Assembly (NCBI RefSeq): GCF_006345805.1
Contig: NC_042997.1
Span: 167,834,001 to 167,898,000, forward strand
Length of the DNA: 64,000 nt
Source: Octopus sinensis
Taxonomy: Eukaryota
Direction: 5' to 3'
Under the pieces are notes generated by a model. That model was not told the DNA's origin. It made no database searches and saw only the letters and a program-made list of their open reading frames with translations. Positions 63,001-64,000 of the stretch are shown piece by piece. Each line of letters begins with the position of its first letter. Within the stretch, counting starts at the first letter, position 1. The position numbers and the translations under genes are program-made.

Positions 63001-63323
63001 ACTTGCTTTTAATGATGCGTTTACATTAAGTATGATACGTAGATGGCTAACTTATTTTAGTTTATAAAATTTGGTAATATTACTTAATAACAGTACTGAA
63101 GAAAATTTGACATTTTGCTTTTGCTTTGGTAGGAATTGGTGGAACAGGCAGACAGAGTGCCACACGACTGGCAGCATTCATTGCAGAATTTGAACTTATC
63201 CAAATAGAGATGGGCAAAGATTATTCAACAGCTGAATGGAGAGAAGACCTAATGAAAATTATTCGAAAATCTGGTGAAGATAGTACTCCACTTGTCTTCT
63301 TTTTGGGAGATTATCAGATCAAG
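405..63323 (+). CDS. DNAH3: Axonemal inner-arm dynein heavy chain, DNAH3-like, partial (33 exons, about 1740 aa; tail, linker, AAA1 to start of AAA4)
   Basis: 33 exons with GT-AG borders and matching phases give one open frame. Motifs: [86 protein letters not shown] and LQPVPW favour DNAH3 over DNAH7/12 as recalled. Family call is firm, orthology less so. Confidence 0.9.
639..947 (-). mobile_element. 5'-truncated RTE-type LINE 3' end
   Basis: Reverse complement matches the 3'UTR and (GAT)n tail of the copy at 52091-52853. Confidence 0.8.
985..1152 (-). mobile_element. tRNA-derived SINE family 1, degenerate
   Basis: Reverse complement of family core GTCGACTTTGCCTTTCATCCTTTC and B-box. Confidence 0.75.
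2075..2286. repeat. Minisatellite, about 8 units of 25-27 bp, derived from the RTE 3'UTR module
   Basis: Tandem GGTGCTTTTACGTGGCACCAGCACA variants, preceded by a degenerate (CAT)n RTE tail at 2002-2075. Confidence 0.8.
3083..3277 (+). CDS. Dynein HC exon 2 (tail)
   Basis: tag|...|gtaata; [12 protein letters not shown]...EPYERLW...EEVDQE; alternative in-frame acceptor at 3088. Confidence 0.88.
3655..4020 (+). mobile_element. tRNA/CORE-like SINE family 2, degenerate
   Basis: Reverse complement of the copies at 7110 and 14918. Confidence 0.7.
5971..6276 (+). mobile_element. tRNA-derived SINE family 3, full length
   Basis: A-box TGGCCTAGTGG, B-box GGTTTCGATTTCC; 11-bp TSD ATTTTCTTATA at 5960-5970 and 6277-6287. 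Confidence 0.88.
7110..7525 (-). mobile_element. tRNA/CORE-like SINE family 2 with internal (TA/CA)n
   Basis: Minus-strand tRNA head, CCTTGGGCAAGTG core, (TAAAAGAG)n tail; close copy at 14918-15290. Confidence 0.85.
7577..7765 (+). CDS. Dynein HC exon 3
   Basis: cag|...|gtaact; IQTLWR...[17 protein letters not shown]. Confidence 0.93.
7998..8126 (+). CDS. Dynein HC exon 4
   Basis: tag|...|gtaagt; [11 protein letters not shown]...[10 protein letters not shown]. Confidence 0.93.
8308..8531. mobile_element. piggyBac-like MITE family B, degenerate
   Basis: TTTAGCATT...AATGCTAC..TTAA ends; homologous to 48166-48352. Confidence 0.6.
9395..9826 (-). mobile_element. RTE-type LINE 3' end
   Basis: (CAT)n then sequence closely matching 639-947. 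Confidence 0.82.
10005..10205 (+). CDS. Dynein HC exon 5
   Basis: cag|...|gtgagt; ALSKMKDDW...[14 protein letters not shown]...KEWGYNL. Confidence 0.94.
10890..11029 (+). CDS. Dynein HC exon 6
   Basis: cag|...|gtaaat; [20 protein letters not shown]. Confidence 0.95.
12258..12310 (-). ncRNA. Degenerate minimal type I hammerhead-like motif (G3-C8 core)
   Basis: Minus strand TTTGTCA-GTGAACA-G-GTTGC-ggtctcaaa-GTGAC-AAAA-atatagtt-TGGCAAA; G12 reads A here. Confidence 0.45.
12897..13124. mobile_element. piggyBac-like MITE family A
   Basis: TTAA-CCCTTTCATTACC...GGTATCAAGAG-TTAA; homologous to 60915-61141. Confidence 0.7.
13283..13373 (+). CDS. Dynein HC exon 7
   Basis: tag|...|gtaaat; (W)KQIMSTAK...MLEKLQYSV; phases fit both neighbours. 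Confidence 0.88.
13630..13949. mobile_element. Putative solo LTR
   Basis: TG...CA ends, TGTAATG/CATTACA inverted termini, 5-bp TSD ATTCA at 13625-13629 and 13950-13954. Confidence 0.65.
14918..15290 (-). mobile_element. tRNA/CORE-like SINE family 2
   Basis: Close copy of 7110-7525 with a deletion in the head. Confidence 0.85.
15364..15680 (+). mobile_element. tRNA-derived SINE (family 4-like), old
   Basis: TAGCTTAGTGGTTAAGG and GAGTTCAATTCCC boxes; 5' half resembles 22581-22905. Confidence 0.65.
15814..15999 (+). mobile_element. tRNA-derived SINE family 3, 3'-truncated
   Basis: Matches 5971-6160. Confidence 0.82.
16347..16414 (+). CDS. Dynein HC exon 8 (linker)
   Basis: cag|...|gtaagt; [23 protein letters not shown]. 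Confidence 0.95.
16777..17012 (-). mobile_element. RTE-type LINE 3' end, degenerate
   Basis: (CAT)n tail and GCTGGATGCCCTT motif. Confidence 0.7.
17533..17995 (+). mobile_element. Family 1 SINE with a second family 1 SINE nested in its head
   Basis: 13-bp TSD AGAATTGTTAGCA at 17547-17559 and 17797-17809; both copies carry B-box and core. Confidence 0.88.
18032..18260 (+). CDS. Dynein HC exon 9 (linker)
   Basis: cag|...|gtaagt; [31 protein letters not shown]...VEKWLQQ. Confidence 0.96.
18370..18692 (-). mobile_element. RTE-type LINE 3' end, interrupted by a SINE
   Basis: (CAT)n tail and family motifs. Confidence 0.7.
18707..18921 (+). mobile_element. tRNA-derived SINE family 1
   Basis: B-box GAGTTCAAATTC; TSD AAGAAGATATAC(A/G)TGGC at 18693-18709 and 18922-18938. 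Confidence 0.88.
19339..19491 (+). CDS. Dynein HC exon 10
   Basis: cag|...|gttggt; [22 protein letters not shown]. Confidence 0.94.
20353..20491 (+). CDS. Dynein HC exon 11
   Basis: tag|...|gtaaga; [23 protein letters not shown]. Confidence 0.95.
21060..21402 (+). mobile_element. CR1-type LINE 3' end
   Basis: Translates to [10 protein letters not shown]...[20 protein letters not shown]...SFK, typical CR1 ORF2 C-terminus, then 3'UTR. Confidence 0.85.
21709..21907 (+). CDS. Dynein HC exon 12
   Basis: tag|...|gtgagc; [11 protein letters not shown]...[21 protein letters not shown]. Confidence 0.96.
22396..22504 (+). CDS. Dynein HC exon 13 (AAA1 Walker A)
   Basis: tag|...|gtagga; [22 protein letters not shown]. 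Confidence 0.97.
22581..22905 (+). mobile_element. tRNA-derived SINE family 4
   Basis: TGGCTCAGTGGGTAGAGC and CTCGAATCCC boxes, CORE-like CTTGAGCAAGACACTT; TSD AGTAAATGT at 22572-22580 and 22906-22914. Confidence 0.85.
23828..24158 (+). mobile_element. Short retroposon with (GAT)n tail
   Basis: Perfect 17-bp TSD ATTTTTAGTTATCAGCT at 23811-23827 and 24159-24175. Confidence 0.82.
24321..24440 (+). CDS. Dynein HC exon 14 (AAA1 Walker B)
   Basis: cag|...|gtaagt; CVVFNCSD...[15 protein letters not shown]. Confidence 0.97.
24886..25331 (+). mobile_element. Putative solo LTR
   Basis: TGTAG...TTACA ends, 4-bp TSD AATT, AATAAA near 25208, CpG-richer than flanks. Confidence 0.62.
25956..26264 (+). 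CDS. Dynein HC exon 15 (AAA1)
   Basis: aag|...|gtacaa; [23 protein letters not shown]...LCSEQ. Confidence 0.96.
26409..26503. repeat. (ATC)n microsatellite
   Basis: Direct reading. Confidence 0.9.
26621..26853 (+). mobile_element. tRNA-derived SINE family 1
   Basis: 14-bp TSD AGAAACATGGTAAA at 26607-26620 and 26854-26867. Confidence 0.9.
26950..27391. mobile_element. Minus-strand family 1 SINE with a plus-strand copy (27158-27371) inserted in its head
   Basis: TSD-like ATTCT(GT/AC)CAGTTCAC flanks the plus copy; the minus copy head resumes at 27372-27391. Confidence 0.82.
28419..28562 (+). CDS. Dynein HC exon 16
   Basis: tag|...|gtaaga; [14 protein letters not shown]...DVNLPK. Confidence 0.96.
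28649..28737. repeat. (TA)n followed by a 35-bp extreme 3' stub of the RTE LINE
   Basis: (TA)n then GCATGGAAAGCGGACGTTAAATGATGATGAT. Confidence 0.85.
29018..29210 (-). mobile_element. tRNA-derived SINE family 1, degenerate
   Basis: Reverse complement of family core. Confidence 0.7.
29647..29811 (+). CDS. Dynein HC exon 17
   Basis: cag|...|gtattc; [19 protein letters not shown]...KIIQ. Confidence 0.96.
30145..30704 (+). mobile_element. Internally deleted mariner transposon
   Basis: TA-flanked TIRs of about 30 bp; [20 protein letters not shown] transposase motif. Confidence 0.92.
30901..31035 (+). CDS. Dynein HC exon 18 (AAA2 P-loop)
   Basis: cag|...|gtaaga; [16 protein letters not shown]. 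Confidence 0.96.
32315..32402 (+). CDS. Dynein HC exon 19
   Basis: cag|...|gtaaac; [13 protein letters not shown]...EWTD. Confidence 0.96.
32700..33170. repeat. Degenerate minisatellite, about 23-bp unit
   Basis: Recurring AAACATTGTCATGTTACATCAG-like units. Confidence 0.65.
33254..33384 (+). CDS. Dynein HC exon 20
   Basis: tag|...|gtaata; [26 protein letters not shown]. Confidence 0.97.
35150..35420 (+). mobile_element. Decayed CR1/Jockey-like RT fragment
   Basis: Remnant NY*PI...ISK...LSDQ.Y.F motif with stops. Confidence 0.5.
35552..35652 (+). CDS. Dynein HC exon 21
   Basis: cag|...|gtaaag; [11 protein letters not shown]...QASPATVSR. Confidence 0.96.
36200..36790 (+). mobile_element. 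Decayed RTE-type RT fragment
   Basis: [24 protein letters not shown]...HYRSI, QFG..PGRS..AIFLVR; stops and frameshifts. Confidence 0.78.
37071..37182 (+). CDS. Dynein HC exon 22
   Basis: cag|...|gttagt; [20 protein letters not shown]. Confidence 0.93.
37263..38530 (-). mobile_element. Near full-length mariner transposon, transposase disrupted
   Basis: TA-flanked TIRs TTGGATCGTCCCATAAATAA / TTATTTATGGGATGACCCAA; about 1.27 kb; VTGDEKW and HPPY.PD..PSDYYLF. Confidence 0.93.
39278..39490 (+). mobile_element. tRNA-derived SINE family 1, young
   Basis: CpGs retained; TSD AATATA(G/C)AACTGGAT at 39262-39276 and 39491-39505. Confidence 0.9.
40664..41077 (+). mobile_element. Two family 1 SINEs head to tail
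   Basis: Two cores joined by a short (TTA)n; ends about 50 bp before exon 23. Confidence 0.75.
41127..41260 (+). CDS. Dynein HC exon 23
   Basis: cag|...|gtaaat; [14 protein letters not shown]...LLEEIR. Confidence 0.9.
42582..42800 (+). CDS. Dynein HC exon 24
   Basis: cag|...|gtgaaa; [13 protein letters not shown]...KFQEFF. Confidence 0.88.
42898..43296 (-). mobile_element. Putative solo LTR
   Basis: TGTGTAGT/ACTACACA inverted termini; minus-strand TATATAAA then AATAAA; TSD ambiguous. Confidence 0.65.
43322..43535 (+). mobile_element. tRNA-derived SINE family 1
   Basis: Head, B-box and core. Confidence 0.78.
43650..44023 (+). mobile_element. Mariner fragment with right TIR
   Basis: [19 protein letters not shown]...CI..NGEYFE; ends GGCACCCCCTCATA. 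Confidence 0.85.
44515..44747 (-). mobile_element. RTE-type LINE 3' end
   Basis: Family tail; AGACAGAT on both flanks. Confidence 0.8.
45665..45879. mobile_element. Mariner-derived MITE
   Basis: TIRs GCTGAAAAGTTTCTGGCTTTA / TAAAGCCAGGAACTTTTCAGC; ends CTCGTA. Confidence 0.8.
46094..46238 (+). CDS. Dynein HC exon 25
   Basis: cag|...|gtgatt; [10 protein letters not shown]...GSWRTW. Confidence 0.9.
48166..48352. mobile_element. piggyBac-like MITE family B, partial
   Basis: TTAACCCTTTAGCATT start; matches 8308-8531. Confidence 0.62.
48500..49078 (-). mobile_element. Dong/R4-type non-LTR retrotransposon 3' end (restriction-like endonuclease)
   Basis: ORF 48615-49043: W.F.IQTDR.I.ANRPDI...LID...P...K..KY.DL; 5' junction in (TAA/TAG)n. 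Confidence 0.88.
49417..49655 (+). CDS. Dynein HC exon 26 (AAA3 Walker A)
   Basis: tag|...|gtaggt; [13 protein letters not shown]...[15 protein letters not shown]. Confidence 0.96.
50281..50796. mobile_element. Non-autonomous Tc2/pogo-type DNA transposon
   Basis: TIRs TACCGTAAATCCTC / GAGGATTTATGGTA; internal G(C/T)GTA.TATA..C.AGG repeats. Confidence 0.78.
51539..51688 (+). CDS. Dynein HC exon 27 (AAA3 Walker B)
   Basis: gag|...|gtatga; KGVYGP...FVDDLNMP...[12 protein letters not shown]; acceptor is GAG (start 51539 or 51542). Confidence 0.92.
52091..52853 (+). mobile_element. RTE LINE 3' portion: ORF C-terminus, long 3'UTR, (GAT)n tail
   Basis: [15 protein letters not shown]...DLWKYAV resembles RTE ORF2 end; 3'UTR is the source of at least 9 other fragments. 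Confidence 0.85.
52899..53115 (+). CDS. Dynein HC exon 28
   Basis: cag|...|gtgagt; [20 protein letters not shown]. Confidence 0.95.
53219..53514 (-). mobile_element. tRNA-derived SINE related to family 3
   Basis: Minus-strand TGGCCTAGTGGTTAGAGC head; perfect 15-bp TSD AGAGAATATAATTGT at 53204-53218 and 53515-53529. Confidence 0.9.
54233..54272 (-). ncRNA. Minimal type I hammerhead-like motif (U3-A8 core)
   Basis: Minus strand CTA-TTGAAAA-G-GTTGC-aagac-GCAAT-GAAA-ct-TT-TAG. Confidence 0.5.
54315..55100. repeat. (TG/TA)n then long (CT)-rich polypyrimidine tract
   Basis: Direct reading; explains the spurious ORFs here. Confidence 0.9.
55225..55338 (+). CDS. Dynein HC exon 29
   Basis: cag|...|gtgaga; [22 protein letters not shown]. 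Confidence 0.96.
55479..56108. mobile_element. hAT/Charlie-like MITE with a (TA)n-flanked insert
   Basis: CA...TTTCTCAA / TTGAGAAACACTG termini and subterminal GGGTTC repeats; no clear TSD. Confidence 0.68.
56911..57140 (+). mobile_element. tRNA-derived SINE family 1
   Basis: Close match to 17565-17796. Confidence 0.87.
57722..58027 (+). mobile_element. RTE LINE 3' end with (GGT)n/(GGC)/(AGC)n tail
   Basis: Reverse complement of 639-880. Confidence 0.85.
58484..58633 (+). CDS. Dynein HC exon 30
   Basis: cag|...|gtaaag; [18 protein letters not shown]. Confidence 0.94.
58741..59297 (-). mobile_element. About 555-bp non-coding element bounded by (TTA)n on both sides
   Basis: Sharp junctions with (TTA)n arrays, balanced GC, no long ORF; strand inferred from neighbour. 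Confidence 0.62.
59318..59995 (-). mobile_element. Dong/R4-type non-LTR retrotransposon 3' end, second subfamily
   Basis: Open ORF 59496-59993: RHD.V...W..H.P...[18 protein letters not shown]...KY.DL; (TAA)n on both sides. Confidence 0.9.
60078..60450 (+). mobile_element. Two family 1 SINEs head to tail
   Basis: Two heads and cores joined by a (TTA)-like spacer. Confidence 0.75.
60490..61240. repeat. Degenerate minisatellite, about 21-bp unit, interrupted by a MITE
   Basis: Recurring AAAC(A/G)TTTCTAAGCATTCCT units. Confidence 0.72.
60915..61141. mobile_element. piggyBac-like MITE family A
   Basis: TTAA-CCCTTTCGTTAC...GTAATGAAAGGG-TAA. Confidence 0.75.
61466..61645 (+). CDS. Dynein HC exon 31
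   Basis: cag|...|gtaagt; [10 protein letters not shown]...LYDEI. Confidence 0.92.
61672..62008. repeat. 15-bp minisatellite (CATCATCATCGCCAC)n
   Basis: Direct reading; fills most of the 443-nt intron after exon 31. Confidence 0.92.
62089..62227 (+). CDS. Dynein HC exon 32 (AAA4)
   Basis: aag|...|gtgagt; [14 protein letters not shown]...[15 protein letters not shown]. Confidence 0.95.
62755..62930. repeat. Inverted repeat, arms about 75 bp, each with a decayed hammerhead-like motif
   Basis: GTGGCTAACAAGAA / TTCTTGTTAGCCAC perfect core; both arms read TGAnAAGGCCyAACTwGG. Confidence 0.7.
63133..63323 (+). CDS. Dynein HC exon 33 (AAA4 P-loop)
   Basis: tag|...|gtaagc; [16 protein letters not shown]...EWREDL. 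Confidence 0.96.
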
Positions 63324-63494
63324 GTAAGCAAGCATCAAGATACCTTTCCACTAACATTGGAACATCATCTGTCCAGTGTTCTGACTAGTGGCATGTGGTG
63401 ACTGTTGTATTGGGTGTGCTGTCACACCCAATGCCACCAAATTTCAAGCAGGGGTATAACAAAAGTTTTCCATTAAGATTAATGAGTGAGGTTT

Positions 63495-63870
63495 ATCATC
63501 ATTGTTTAAAGTCCGTTTTCCATGCTAGCATGGGTTGGACGATTTGACTGAGGACTGGTGAACCAGATGGCTACACCAGACTTCAATCTGATCTGGCAGA
63601 GTTTCTACAGCTGGATGCCCTTCCTAATGCCAACCACTCCGAGAGTGTAGTGGGTGCTTTTACGTGCCACCGGCACAAGGGCCAGTCAGGCGGTACTGGC
63701 AATGGCCATGCTCGAATGGTGCTTTTTATGTGCTACCTGCACAGGAGCCAGTCCAGCAGCACTGGCAACAACCTCGCTTGAATGTTTTTTTTTCACATGC
63801 CACCAGCTCAAGTGCTAGTAAGGCAATGCAGGTAATGATCACATTCAAATGGTGTTTTTAACATGCCATT
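63495..63870 (-). mobile_element. RTE-type LINE 3' end
   Basis: Family tail and three or more GGTGCTTTT..GTGCC modules. Confidence 0.82.
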
Positions 63871-64000
63871 TGCCATTTTTTATGGGTGTGCAGTGTACAC
63901 CTAGTACACCCAGAATATATGCCTCTGGTTCTAACATCTTTCTAATGTTGAATAATCTTTTTGGTGACACGTTATTGTTTTTATCGAAAATCTCTTTGGC

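Noticed and set aside
405-63323. Dynein gene as a pseudogene
   Set aside because: All 33 exons join in frame without stops and the four P-loops are present.

Overview
AT-rich animal genomic DNA. The repeat content (tRNA-headed SINEs, RTE and Dong/R4 LINE ends, mariner remnants, many microsatellites) looks like an octopod cephalopod; that assignment comes from recognition, not a search. The whole window lies inside one + strand axonemal inner-arm dynein heavy chain gene (DNAH3-like, DNAH3/7/12 group). I traced 33 GT-AG exons from 405 to 63323 that splice into one open frame of about 1740 codons, covering distal tail, linker, AAA1, AAA2, AAA3 and the start of AAA4; both gene ends are outside the window. 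The introns are full of transposon debris. Best leads: (1) three loci with Penelope-type minimal hammerhead-ribozyme folds, including G3-C8 and U3-A8 core swaps and an inverted pair; (2) a repeated 25-nt module in an RTE LINE 3'UTR that fits a compact H-type pseudoknot; (3) conserved motor glycines encoded as AGY serine, which A-to-I editing could restore, plus nested/inverted SINEs that could supply dsRNA; (4) a stack of (TAA)n-targeted retroelements; (5) a rare GAG/GAG tandem splice acceptor. No prokaryotic system or CRISPR array. Homology statements are from memory of family motifs.
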